The position numbers and the translations under genes were made by a program. The notes below the pieces were generated by a model. The model ran no database searches and was not told where the DNA came from. It saw nothing but the letters and a program-made list of their open reading frames with translations. A stretch of DNA of 64,000 nucleotides from NCBI GenBank assembly GCA_036396635.1, contig DASWKM010000092.1:9798-73797 (forward strand), given 5' to 3'. Of this stretch, positions 10,069-21,681 are shown piece after piece. This DNA is from Acidimicrobiia bacterium. GTDB lineage: Bacteria; Actinomycetota; Acidimicrobiia; Spongiisociales; ZC4RG35. How positions within the stretch are numbered: the stretch's first letter is position 1; every line of letters begins with the position of its first letter.

Positions 10069-10225
10069 ACAGTTAACGATTGGCGCGTCGTAGTGCGAAA
10101 ATCAAGACACCCACGAGGAGGGCCGAGAGAACCAAGCCGCCCAAGACGGTTGCCAGACTCCACGGCTCATACGTCCTCACCGCCACGATCAGCATGCCGT
10201 GGCACAATAACCCTGAAGGAGGGAC

Positions 10226-11248
10226 GTGGCTTCACAGACCTGTGACCAGTGCGGTGCGATAGTCGCTAGGGACGAGCAGTTTTGCCCGTCTTGTGGTTCG
10301 TTCATGGATCCCATGACCGCCCCACGGCCGCGCCCCCGCGCCCGCCCCAAAGGCGGCCGGAACGTCATCAGTGTCAGCTCCGATGGGTCTTACGAGGAGT
10401 TCTCGCTCAAGTCACCACCACCGCCAGAGCAAACCACCACCTCTCGCCGGGGCCCGGCCGCCACGTCGACCAACGACCGGGATGAGCGGAGCATGACCTG
10501 TCCGTCGTGCGGTGCGGTCAACCCAGCCAATAACCGGCATTGTCAAGAGTGTGGCGCCAGGCTGCGCCAGGGCCCTCTCCCCACTGCGCCGCGGCCCGCC
10601 GTTCAGGCGACCGCCGGGGTGCGGGCAGCCTTGGCGATAAGTGGCCTGCTCTTCGGCGTGGTGCTCTTCGCACTTCTCTTCAACGCCCTCACCGGCGAGG
10701 ATCCAGAGGCGGCGAGCTCGACCACGGTGACGACCACGACTCTTGCCGACGTGGTGCAGACCGGACCGATCGAGATCCTCGATCAGATCTGCACCCCCCA
10801 GGGAATCGGCGGCTTCACCTGCAGCAACCTGACATCGGACACCCCCGACGAGTACCAGATCAGCTGGGTGGAGCTCGGTGAGGACGCCTCTGTCACGATC
10901 GAGCTCACCTTCTTCGAGCCGATGGCAATAACCGAGATCCAGTGGCGAAACATCGAGGATGCGACACGATTCAGACAGAACTACCGGGCCAAGGGAATCA
11001 CCATCACCGCACAGGACTCTCTCACCCCGGTGCCGGTCCAGCTCCAGGACCAGCAGGGCACGCAGATCGTTGTCTACTCGGCACTCAACACGGCCGAGCT
11101 CACCATCACGATCGAGTCCATCTACCTGCCGGAGGTGATCGACAACAATGTCTATGACGAGCTCGCCATCGACGAGATCACCGTGATCGGGCGTCCCTCG
11201 AACCCGACCACCAACTCCACGACTACGACACCGGCCGGTGGGGGTTAA
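10226..11248 (+). CDS. Double zinc-ribbon membrane protein with extracytoplasmic beta-rich C-terminal domain
   Basis: Two CxxC...CxxC zinc ribbons (CDQCGA...CPSCGS and CPSCGA...CQECGA), a Pro/Arg-rich spacer, one TM helix (AALAISGLLFGVVLFALLF) and a ~200-aa C-terminal domain ending ...YDELAIDEITVIG, which resembles the tail of discoidin/F5-8 type C folds. Confidence 0.5.
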   Translation: MASQTCDQCGAIVARDEQFCPSCGSFMDPMTAPRPRPRARPKGGRNVISVSSDGSYEEFSLKSPPPPEQTTTSRRGPAATSTNDRDERSMTCPSCGAVNPANNRHCQECGARLRQGPLPTAPRPAVQATAGVRAALAISGLLFGVVLFALLFNALTGEDPEAASSTTVTTTTLADVVQTGPIEILDQICTPQGIGGFTCSNLTSDTPDEYQISWVELGEDASVTIELTFFEPMAITEIQWRNIEDATRFRQNYRAKGITITAQDSLTPVPVQLQDQQGTQIVVYSALNTAELTITIESIYLPEVIDNNVYDELAIDEITVIGRPSNPTTNSTTTTPAGGG

Positions 11249-11287
11249 GCGGCCCTGCCATCCGTTGCAGCGACGCCCAGCGAGGGC

Positions 11288-12577
11288 CTACTGCTTGATG
11301 TAGGGCTGGCCGTCCGCAGCCGGGGGTCTCGACCTCCCAACGACACCGGCTACCACGATGATGGTGACGACGTACGGCAACATGAGGAGGAATTCCGAGG
11401 GTAAGCCGATATTGAGGATCGCCGCCTTCTGCTGCACTGCTCTCGCAAAACCAAAGACGAGGCCGGCCCCGAGGGCCCCAAACGGAAGCCAGCGACCGAA
11501 GATCATCGCGGCGAGCCCGATGAACCCGATACCCCCGGTCATGTCTTCCTCGAAGCGAGCAACCTGGGCAAGACCAAGGAACGCTCCCCCGAATCCGGCG
11601 ATCATGCCCCCCAAGACCACATTCCGGTACCGCACCCAATAGACGTTGATGCCGGCCGTGTCGGCGGCTTTCGGATGCTCACCGACGGATCGGGATCGGA
11701 GGCCCCAGCGGGTATAGAACAAACCCAGGTGGATCGCGACCACGAGGATGAACATCCCATACACGAAATAGGTGTGATCGAACAGCATCGGCCCGATGAC
11801 CGGGATCTCGGCCAGGATGGGGATCCGGATCGCCGGGATGCGTGCCGGCGCATTCAGCGTCTGCACGTCAGAGAGAATTCGGGCGGACATGAGGGAGGTG
11901 AGGCCCAGTGCCAGGAAGTTGATGACCACGCCCGCGATTATCTGATCGACATGGAACCTGACTGTCAACCAAGCCAATAACAACCCGAGCAGGCCGCCCG
12001 TGAGTAGCGCTCCGAGGATTCCGGCTGCGGTGCCGAAGGCGCTGCTGAGGACCACTCCTGCAAAGGCCGAAGCCAGTAGTTGGCCCTCGATGCCGATGTT
12101 GATCACCCCAACTCGCTCGCACATGAGACCTGTGAGCGCCCCGAATACCACCACCACCGACAAAATCACTGTGGACCGCAACATCCCAACCATGCTGAAT
12201 TGGCTCCCAGCAGCAGCCCAAGCCAGGAACGCCAAAGAGAAGAGGGTGAAGCCGACTGCCAGGGCAATGTTGGTCCAATCCAGGGCCCTGCGGCTCAAGC
12301 GCCAGGCACCAAGCCCAATTGTGATCAAACCAAGAACCATCGAGAGCGTGCGCGCATTGACCACCCAGGCCAGGTCCTGGAAACGGTCATTCTGTAGCGA
12401 CATGTTGAATGTCGCATCGAGTTCGCCGTCGACACCGAGCGCAAACGCGAAAATGACAAACATCCCGAGGGCAGTGAGCACCACGCCAACGAGGGTCGAA
12501 CGCCGCTCCTCCGGCGTGGAACGGTTCTTGAGCTCGACCACAGCTTCCCTCTCGAGAGTCGCCGTCATCATCCCCAC
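11288..12577 (-). CDS. ABC transporter permease (BMP/nucleoside-type system, YufQ/NupQ-like)
   Basis: 429-aa polytopic permease. Gene order SBP-ATPase-permease-permease is characteristic of BMP-family (nucleoside/simple sugar) uptake systems. Confidence 0.7.
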   Translation of the reverse strand: MGMMTATLEREAVVELKNRSTPEERRSTLVGVVLTALGMFVIFAFALGVDGELDATFNMSLQNDRFQDLAWVVNARTLSMVLGLITIGLGAWRLSRRALDWTNIALAVGFTLFSLAFLAWAAAGSQFSMVGMLRSTVILSVVVVFGALTGLMCERVGVINIGIEGQLLASAFAGVVLSSAFGTAAGILGALLTGGLLGLLLAWLTVRFHVDQIIAGVVINFLALGLTSLMSARILSDVQTLNAPARIPAIRIPILAEIPVIGPMLFDHTYFVYGMFILVVAIHLGLFYTRWGLRSRSVGEHPKAADTAGINVYWVRYRNVVLGGMIAGFGGAFLGLAQVARFEEDMTGGIGFIGLAAMIFGRWLPFGALGAGLVFGFARAVQQKAAILNIGLPSEFLLMLPYVVTIIVVAGVVGRSRPPAADGQPYIKQ

Positions 12578-13812
12578 CCCTTGGTGAGCTGAGTCGGCTC
12601 GGCCTCAGCCGCCCTCAGTCGGAACACGGCACGCACAAGCTCAGGCGCGGCGATGAAGACGATGATCAGTGCTTGCATCACGATGACGAGGTCGACTGAC
12701 ACGTCGGCGGCTGCCTGCATTCTCCTTCCGCCTGCGATCAGCGCGCCGAAAAGCAGACCCGACCAGAGCACCCCGTAAGGGTGGGACCTCCCCAGCAGAG
12801 CCAGCGCAATCGCGTCGAAGCCGATCGTTCCCGGGAAGTTCGAAGTCACCGTGTAAGGCGGCAGCCCCAGCGTCATCGTCGCACCCGCAACTCCCGCCAG
12901 CGCACCTGATATGAACATCACCGACGTGTAGAGGAAAGCCACGTTCATGCCGGCGTAGTGGCTGGCGTTTGGCGAGAACCCTGCGGCCCGGAACTCGAAG
13001 CCGAGCGTCGATTTGAACAGCAGCCAGTAAACGAAGAACACGGCGCCTATGGCGAAGAAGAGCCCGATGTTGACCCGGAACGCATCGCCGAGAATGGGGG
13101 GAAGCCGAGCCGAGTCCGGGATCGGAGCCGACTGGGGCAGGTTGGAGCCTTCCTCCTGGAACAGAGAGGTCTTCAGCACGTACAGGACGAGGAATGCGGC
13201 AACGAAATTGAGCATGATCGTCGTGATCACTTCGTGAGCCCCCGTCCGTGCCTTCAGAAAGCCAGTCAAACCGCCCCAAAGGCCACCACCGATGATCGCT
13301 GCGATGACCGCTAGCGTGATGTGGAGAAAAGCGGGGAGGTCGACATGGAGGCCGACCCACACCGCCGAAAGCCCTCCTATGAACATCTGCCCTCGCGCCC
13401 CGATGTTGAACAAGCCGGTGCGGAAGCCGACCGCCACGGCAAGGCCGGCCAGTATTAGCGGAGACGCCGTGAACAGGGTCTCCGATATCGCTCGTTCAGA
13501 GCCGAATGCCCCGAGGAACAACTCCCTGTATGCGACCCAGACACCGTTGAGCATGTCACCAATGGCGGACCCGGGATCGTCGCCCATCAAGCGCCAGGCG
13601 TCGACATCGGTGGCCATGATGATGACCCCCCCGACAACGAGTGCCAGTACCAAGGCCAGAGCCGGCACCAAGAGAACCCTCCAGAACCCCTCCCCGATGC
13701 CCGATGCGCGGCGCAACCACTTGGGCTCGTAGCCCCCTGGGGGTGCCAGGTTGTCTCCTCCTGCGGAAGGAGGGATGTCGCCTCCCTGCGAGTCCCTCGG
13801 AAGGTCAGTCAT
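12568..13812 (-). CDS. ABC transporter permease (YufP/NupP-like)
   Basis: Polytopic permease. Start placed at MTDLPRD, 2 nt after the ATPase stop. ORF track extends to 13887. Confidence 0.7.
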   Translation of the reverse strand: MTDLPRDSQGGDIPPSAGGDNLAPPGGYEPKWLRRASGIGEGFWRVLLVPALALVLALVVGGVIIMATDVDAWRLMGDDPGSAIGDMLNGVWVAYRELFLGAFGSERAISETLFTASPLILAGLAVAVGFRTGLFNIGARGQMFIGGLSAVWVGLHVDLPAFLHITLAVIAAIIGGGLWGGLTGFLKARTGAHEVITTIMLNFVAAFLVLYVLKTSLFQEEGSNLPQSAPIPDSARLPPILGDAFRVNIGLFFAIGAVFFVYWLLFKSTLGFEFRAAGFSPNASHYAGMNVAFLYTSVMFISGALAGVAGATMTLGLPPYTVTSNFPGTIGFDAIALALLGRSHPYGVLWSGLLFGALIAGGRRMQAAADVSVDLVIVMQALIIVFIAAPELVRAVFRLRAAEAEPTQLTKGWG

Positions 13813-15319
13813 CAGCCACCCGAGATCCGAGCATGGCCAGGCCGACTTCGGTGTTGGTGGCCTTCGCCGGATCGAATTCTCCGGCAATCCGCCCTTCGAA
13901 CATGACGAGAACGCGGTCGGAGAGAGCCATCACCTCGTCGAGCTCTGATGACACGATCAGGACCGCTGCGCCATTGTCACGCTCTTCCACGATCCGGGCG
14001 TGGATGTACTCAATCGATCCCACGTCGACACCACGAGTCGGTTGTGAGGCAACGACGACCTTTACATCACGGTCGAATTCGCGAGCAACGATGACTTTCT
14101 GCTGGTTACCGCCGGAAAGAGTCGACATCGGAACGTCCACCCGGGTGGTCTTGACGTCATACTCGTCCACAAGGCGCTGCGACGCTTCCGTTGCGGCCGC
14201 CCAATCCATCCGGATCCCCCGCGAGTAGGGCCGGGTGTAATAGGAGTCGAGCACCATGTTTTCGGCAACGGTGAACCCGAGGACGAGTCCACTCTCCTGA
14301 CGATCCTCGGGAACGTGCGCGACGCCATTGCGGTGGATCCGGCGAGGACCGTGTTTGGTGACATCCTCACCGGACATGAAGACCCTGCCAGCGAGTGAGG
14401 GTCGCATTCCAGTGATGCTCTCAACCAGCTCGGTCTGACCGTTACCCTGGACCCCGGCGATCCCCACGATCTCACCTGTGCGCACTTCAAACGACACGCT
14501 ATCGACTGTTCGCTGACCACGATCATCGAGCACAACCAGCTGCTCTACCGACAACCCGACTTCGCCCGGACGTGCTTGCTCTTTATTGACCTTCAACAGG
14601 ACCGGGCGCCCTACCATCATCTCGGCAAGCTGTTCCCTCGTCGCCGTGGCCGGATCGGCCTCACCTACCACCTTCCCGTCTCGTAGCACGACGATACGGT
14701 CGGCAATCTCGAGCGCCTCGTTCAGCTTGTGGCTGATGAAGATCACCCCTTTGCCGTCCTGTTTGAGACCCCGCACGATTTCAAAGAACTCCTCAACCTC
14801 TTGAGGGGTGAGGACCGCAGTTGGCTCGTCGAAGATGATGTAACGAGCGTCGCGTACCAGCACCTTGATTATCTCGACCCGTTGTTGAATCCCCACCGGG
14901 ATGTCTTCGACGGTGGCCTCAGGATCCACTGACAGCCTGTACCTGTCTGACACCTCACGGACCAGATCGTTGGCAGCCCGCCTGTCGATCCAATCCAGTC
15001 CCTTGAGCGGCTCCAACCCGAGGATGACATTCTCGGCGACGGTGAACACCGGAACGAGCATGAAGTGCTGGTGGACCATGCCGACGCCGGCTTGGATCGA
15101 TGCGGCGGGATTGGCTAGCTCCAATTGGTCGCCGTCGATGACCACCTCTCCCGCGTCCGGCGAATACAGCCCGAAGAGGATGTTCATCAAAGTGGTCTTA
15201 CCGGCGCCGTTCTCTCCGAGCAGTGCGACAATCTCGCCCGGCTTCACAGACAGGCTCACGTCATCGTTGGCGATGACTGTGGGAAATCGTTTTGTACAAC
15301 CCCGCAGCTCGAGCGCCAC
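13805..15319 (-). CDS. ABC transporter ATP-binding protein with duplicated ATPase domains
   Basis: Two nucleotide-binding domains, each with a Walker A (GENGAGKTT and GVQGNGQTE). 504 aa, typical of BMP-system ATPases. Confidence 0.8.
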   Translation of the reverse strand: MALELRGCTKRFPTVIANDDVSLSVKPGEIVALLGENGAGKTTLMNILFGLYSPDAGEVVIDGDQLELANPAASIQAGVGMVHQHFMLVPVFTVAENVILGLEPLKGLDWIDRRAANDLVREVSDRYRLSVDPEATVEDIPVGIQQRVEIIKVLVRDARYIIFDEPTAVLTPQEVEEFFEIVRGLKQDGKGVIFISHKLNEALEIADRIVVLRDGKVVGEADPATATREQLAEMMVGRPVLLKVNKEQARPGEVGLSVEQLVVLDDRGQRTVDSVSFEVRTGEIVGIAGVQGNGQTELVESITGMRPSLAGRVFMSGEDVTKHGPRRIHRNGVAHVPEDRQESGLVLGFTVAENMVLDSYYTRPYSRGIRMDWAAATEASQRLVDEYDVKTTRVDVPMSTLSGGNQQKVIVAREFDRDVKVVVASQPTRGVDVGSIEYIHARIVEERDNGAAVLIVSSELDEVMALSDRVLVMFEGRIAGEFDPAKATNTEVGLAMLGSRVADD

Positions 15320-15372
15320 CCGCCTGCTCCTTCCAGTCGACCGCCGTCGGGCCGGCCACTATAGATAATGAG

Positions 15373-15407
15373 GAGCCCCCGCATGAATGCGGGGGCTCTT
15401 TCTTTCT
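15373..15407 (-). terminator. Intra-operon GC-rich hairpin with flanking T/A tracts between the SBP and ATPase genes (attenuator or bidirectional terminator)
   Basis: 11-bp perfect stem gagcccccgca/tgcgggggctc with a 4-nt loop, followed on + by tttctttct and preceded by atagataatga (U-rich when read on the minus strand). Confidence 0.55.
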
Positions 15408-15425
15408 AGCGTTTGCGAGCTGGGA

Positions 15426-16589
15426 TCAACCGCCGCCGACGACGAACTTGTCCCAGGTGATGACACCGCTCTTGATGTCCTCGAGCACCTGGGCAACCTC
15501 TGCTGCCAGCTCCTCGGGAACTCGCTCCTCCCAGGCATGGAACCCGGACAATCCCACTGCCTCGTTTTCGAGGTTGCCGACGAAGCTGCTACCGCCGAGG
15601 GGCTCCCCGGCAGCATGCGCCTCGATGGACCTCGTCGTCTGAATCGCGAGACCCTTCAGAACGGTGACCAACCAAAGATCCTGGAACTCGGCCGGCATTG
15701 CATCGAAGGCATCAGCATCGACGCCGATGAGCGCCCCGTCGATCCCGCGGTCCTGGATTGCAGTACCACACGGGAGGTTGATCGCCCCACCCACGGGCAG
15801 GATGATGTCAGCGCCCTCGTCGAGCTGGCTCTCACAGGTGGCACGTACGATCGGATCGGCCGGGTCGAAGACACCGGTGAAGGTCCCGTCCTGGGCTTCG
15901 ACATCCCAACCGAGAACCTGCACATCGGTGCCCTTCACCTCGTTGTAATGGGCTACACCGCGCGCGAAACCGTCCATGAAGATCGACACGGTCGGGATAT
16001 TGGCCCCACCGTAGGTGGCAACGATGCCGGTCTGGGTCATCCCCGCTGCCAGATAGCCGGCTGCGAAGGCTGCTTCATCGGTCTGGTACTCGAGACCGGT
16101 CACATTGGCCCCGACAGACGCGAAGTCGATGATGGTCCACTGAACGTCCGGGTTGGCCGCGGCGAAGGTCTCGGTGGTGCCCGCCAGCTTGAACCCGGAG
16201 GTAACGATATGCTCGGCACCCTGGTCCAGACACGTCTCGACGTGTGGCTGGTAGTCGGCTTCGCTCGATGACTCGAGCAGGATCGGGTCGGGCTGGGCAG
16301 CGCCGCTGGTGACGGCGTCCTGGACGCCTAGCCAGCCGGACGCATTGAAGCTCCGATCGTCGACACCGGCGTCGTCGGTAACGAAGCACGTCTTGACAGC
16401 TGTGAAGACCATCTCCTCGGCTGTCGTGGTGGTTTCTCCCGTGGTGGTGGTCGTGGTGTCACCGGCCGTGGTGGTGGTGGCACCCCCATCTCCAGTGGTG
16501 GTGGTTTCGTCGCCCTCGGACGGGCTACACGCCGCAAGGACGAGAGCCAGCGATCCGAGAACGGCAAGGAGCCGTAGATAGCGCTTCAC
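15426..16589 (-). CDS. BMP family ABC transporter substrate-binding lipoprotein
   Basis: GTG start with GGAGG 7 nt upstream. Lipobox LVLAAC. Thr-rich linker followed by a PnrA/Med-like periplasmic binding fold. The ORF track extends further 5', which is likely spurious. Confidence 0.75.
   Translation of the reverse strand: MKRYLRLLAVLGSLALVLAACSPSEGDETTTTGDGGATTTTAGDTTTTTTGETTTTAEEMVFTAVKTCFVTDDAGVDDRSFNASGWLGVQDAVTSGAAQPDPILLESSSEADYQPHVETCLDQGAEHIVTSGFKLAGTTETFAAANPDVQWTIIDFASVGANVTGLEYQTDEAAFAAGYLAAGMTQTGIVATYGGANIPTVSIFMDGFARGVAHYNEVKGTDVQVLGWDVEAQDGTFTGVFDPADPIVRATCESQLDEGADIILPVGGAINLPCGTAIQDRGIDGALIGVDADAFDAMPAEFQDLWLVTVLKGLAIQTTRSIEAHAAGEPLGGSSFVGNLENEAVGLSGFHAWEERVPEELAAEVAQVLEDIKSGVITWDKFVVGGG
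16421..16515 (-). repeat. Coding tandem repeat (Thr-rich linker TTTTGDGG/ATTTTAGD/TTTTTTGE/TTTTAEE) within the BMP lipoprotein
   Basis: Reiterated ggtggtggtg/gtcgtggtg units on the + strand, read as ACC-rich codons on the minus strand. Confidence 0.6.
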
Positions 16590-16666
16590 GCTTAGATCCT
16601 CCGTAGATTCATAGAAAAGGACAGGGGCAACCCGTCCACCCATCAACGTTAGTGGTGCGGGCACCT

Positions 16667-17362
16667 CTAATGCGAGGCGGAAGCGAGTTGTGTCGGTTTG
16701 ACCCAATAGATCCATGGAACAGAGACGAGAGTCACCGCACCCTTGAAAACGATGTTCACCCAGAAGATCGACCAGGCCACATCGGCCGCAAAGACGCCGA
16801 ATGCTGTGGCGAGGCCGACGAACAGCGCCGAGTCGACTGGGATGGCCACCGCGTTGGACACCAGAACCCGTCCCCATTGGTGTCTTTCGGCGAAGCGACC
16901 CGCCCACAGCGAGTAGGCCTCGGTGTCGATCAACTCGGCAACGACCTCCGCCACGATGGAGGCGATCACGATTCCCCAAACGGGTGCCAGCACGTCCCCA
17001 AACTCGAGCTGGGGGCCGGTGAGCTCGTCGGCGGGCAGCCAGGCGACCAATCCAAAGAAGGCCGCCATGACCAGATTGATGACACCGGCGAGGGCGATCA
17101 GGGTCCGCGCCACCGTCTTCCCACCGATCTTGTGGACGAGGTCCCGCAACGTGAAGGTGAATGGATAGATGAGTGTGCCGGCGTCGACCGCGTAGCCGCC
17201 CACGCTTATTATCCGCAGGCTGGCAACGTCCGCCAGGATCTGGGCGCCCACATACGCGCCCCCCACCACCAACAGCGCTCGCACCGCCCTATCCATAACA
17301 ATCGGGCAGGGTACGGGGTTCGTCTGGGCAACCTCAGGTTGTACGACCTCCATCGAGGTCAC
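16667..17362 (-). CDS. Queuosine precursor transporter (YhhQ/DUF165, VUT family)
   Basis: 6-TM protein with VGGYAVDAGTLIYPFTFTLRDLV and AIPVDSALF motifs characteristic of YhhQ/QueT-like transporters. Confidence 0.7.
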   Translation of the reverse strand: MTSMEVVQPEVAQTNPVPCPIVMDRAVRALLVVGGAYVGAQILADVASLRIISVGGYAVDAGTLIYPFTFTLRDLVHKIGGKTVARTLIALAGVINLVMAAFFGLVAWLPADELTGPQLEFGDVLAPVWGIVIASIVAEVVAELIDTEAYSLWAGRFAERHQWGRVLVSNAVAIPVDSALFVGLATAFGVFAADVAWSIFWVNIVFKGAVTLVSVPWIYWVKPTQLASASH

Positions 17363-17421
17363 ACAGCCTCACGTATACAAGGGTCTGGACCTCGGCCCTT
17401 GGCTGTTGCAATGTTGTACTT

Positions 17422-18333
17422 GTGCATATCGGAACCAAGGAGGTAATCGAGCACGCGCGAGCATGTGGGGGGGTCGTCACTCGCACCGAGGCCGTAGCTC
17501 TCGGATTGCAGGCGAGTGCGCTCGCACACCTTGTCGACATGGGTGTCCTCCACCGGCTCAAGCCGGGGATCTTCGCCCTGGCCGGAGCACGCACCGACAA
17601 CACGAGTATCGAACTCATCGCCGCGTGCCGCAGCCTGGGCGCCGTTGTGTCCCACGAGTCGGCCGCGCAGATCCATGGACTGGACCGCTGGCTTCATATC
17701 AAGCCCAGCGTCAGCGTGGTTCACCGAACAACCAACCGTTTCCCAGGTATTCGCGTCCATCAGCTGACAGATCTCATCGACGACCACATTCAGGCAATCG
17801 ACGAAGTGCCTGTCACCACCCCCGAGAGAACGGTCATCGATCTATCGGCCGTCTTGGCCGAGCAGCGTCTCGAGCGGATCGTGGACCAGGGCTTGGCTGC
17901 CAAGAAGCTGAATCTTGAAGCCCTCAGCGACATGTTTGATCTACTAGCGCGAAAAGGGAAGCCAGGTGTGCGACGGATGAGGTCGATACTGTTGAAGCGG
18001 AGTCCAGGCCTCGATGCGCCCACCACCGAACTGGAGCGTCGCCTCCTCGACGTGGTCAGAAGGGCAGGGTTGCCTGAACCCCAGGCTCAGCACACGCCGC
18101 CATGGCTTGTGCCGACCAATGGTCGCGTCGACTTTGCCTACCCCAAGCACAATCTCGTGATTGAAGGAGACAGCCGACGCTGGCACACCTTGCTCAACTC
18201 GTTCGAGATCGACCGGCTGCGCGACAACGCCGCCCAGCTTGCCGGTTGGCGAGTCCTCCGATTCACCTGGCAGGAGATCACAGAGAATCCAGAGCGCGTG
18301 GTCTCGACGATTCGCCTGGCTCTTCTTTCTTGA
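17422..18333 (+). CDS. AbiEi-like N-terminal domain / DUF559 (Vsr-like endonuclease fold) protein
   Basis: N-terminus (GGVVTRTEAVALGLQASALAHLVDMGVLHRL) resembles AbiEi_4 wHTH. C-terminus (DFAYPKHNLVIEGDSRRWHT...GWRVLRFTWQEI) matches DUF559. Confidence 0.6.
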   Translation: MHIGTKEVIEHARACGGVVTRTEAVALGLQASALAHLVDMGVLHRLKPGIFALAGARTDNTSIELIAACRSLGAVVSHESAAQIHGLDRWLHIKPSVSVVHRTTNRFPGIRVHQLTDLIDDHIQAIDEVPVTTPERTVIDLSAVLAEQRLERIVDQGLAAKKLNLEALSDMFDLLARKGKPGVRRMRSILLKRSPGLDAPTTELERRLLDVVRRAGLPEPQAQHTPPWLVPTNGRVDFAYPKHNLVIEGDSRRWHTLLNSFEIDRLRDNAAQLAGWRVLRFTWQEITENPERVVSTIRLALLS

Positions 18334-18339
18334 TGCAGG

Positions 18340-18359
18340 GCGACCTCTATAGAGGTCGC
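18340..18359. terminator. Perfect 20-bp palindrome between convergent genes (candidate bidirectional terminator)
   Basis: gcgacctcta|tagaggtcgc, 7 nt after the DUF559 gene stop and 27 nt after the peptidase stop. U-tracts are weak. Confidence 0.4.
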
Positions 18360-18385
18360 GCAACCTCAGGTTTCCGCGAAAGCAG

Positions 18386-19042
18386 CTACTCGAGGGTGAG
18401 GACGAGGGTTGGGTCGATGGTGACGTATTCGACGAGGGAGGGGTCGGTGACGCCGGCATACTCCCAGTGCCAGGGCTCTTGAGTTTCGAGACCGCAGCGC
18501 GCCCATGGGGGGTGTACCCAACCAAAGCGGTAGGCGTTGTTCATGAGCCAGTGGAACTCCGTGTCATAGCAGGTGAGCACGCCGTAACGGTCACGGAAGT
18601 CGATCGCCCTTCCCCAACCGTGATTGGACTTGCCCGCAGGTGCCAACGGTGGTCCGGCGCACACGCGCTCCCGCCTGCTCCCGGTCTCCACCTTTTGACC
18701 GGTGGCCGTGTCGACCCCGTAGATCGGGACCTCGGTGAGCGGGCATCGTCGCTCATACGCCCGCGCCTGGGAGTTGTAGGTGCGATAGCAGTCCTCATGC
18801 CGGAGGTCGATCCCATCCTCCTCCGCCGCTTCGAGCATCAACGCATACAGATAGGCGGCGTCACGCTCGAGGGTGCAACCACGGATCGTCATCAGGCGAT
18901 CGGGGTCCATCTTGCCGTTTATGTACCCGTCGACCTCCAGATCGAGGGTGTACGCCTCATCTCCAGCAGGGAGGTACTCGGGTTGTTCCCCGGGCCCCAG
19001 ACCAGCGATCAAGACGACGAGAAGGGCGAAAACTGTGGGCAT
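18386..19042 (-). CDS. D-alanyl-D-alanine carboxypeptidase family protein (peptidase M15/VanY-like), secreted
   Basis: Signal peptide MPTVFALLVVLIAGL. The Zn-binding SxHxxGxAxD motif is present as KSNHGWGRAIDF. Confidence 0.75.
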   Translation of the reverse strand: MPTVFALLVVLIAGLGPGEQPEYLPAGDEAYTLDLEVDGYINGKMDPDRLMTIRGCTLERDAAYLYALMLEAAEEDGIDLRHEDCYRTYNSQARAYERRCPLTEVPIYGVDTATGQKVETGSRRERVCAGPPLAPAGKSNHGWGRAIDFRDRYGVLTCYDTEFHWLMNNAYRFGWVHPPWARCGLETQEPWHWEYAGVTDPSLVEYVTIDPTLVLTLE

Positions 19043-19101
19043 TACGCGGCTGCCCGATACAAATCGGCCCTTGGCCGTTGGCGCTTTAGGGGAATCGCCA
19101 G

Positions 19102-21582
<2,481 letters not shown>

Positions 21583-21681
21583 TGGATTCTCCTAAACCTG
21601 ACATATGCGATTTTAGCATCGGCCGGGAGGTCGGACTCGCCTCAGCTCTCAGCCCAATCATTCGTAATACCATCGGCACCA

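Noticed and set aside
16381-16520. Short tandem repeats resembling a CRISPR-like or VNTR array
   Set aside because: They lie inside the BMP lipoprotein CDS and encode a Thr-rich linker. There are no spacers and no cas genes anywhere in the window.
21583-21681. ClgR-type operator upstream of clpC
   Set aside because: No CGC-N5-GCG-type palindrome is seen in the 99-bp divergent spacer. Only an AGGAGA RBS and a GTG start were identified.
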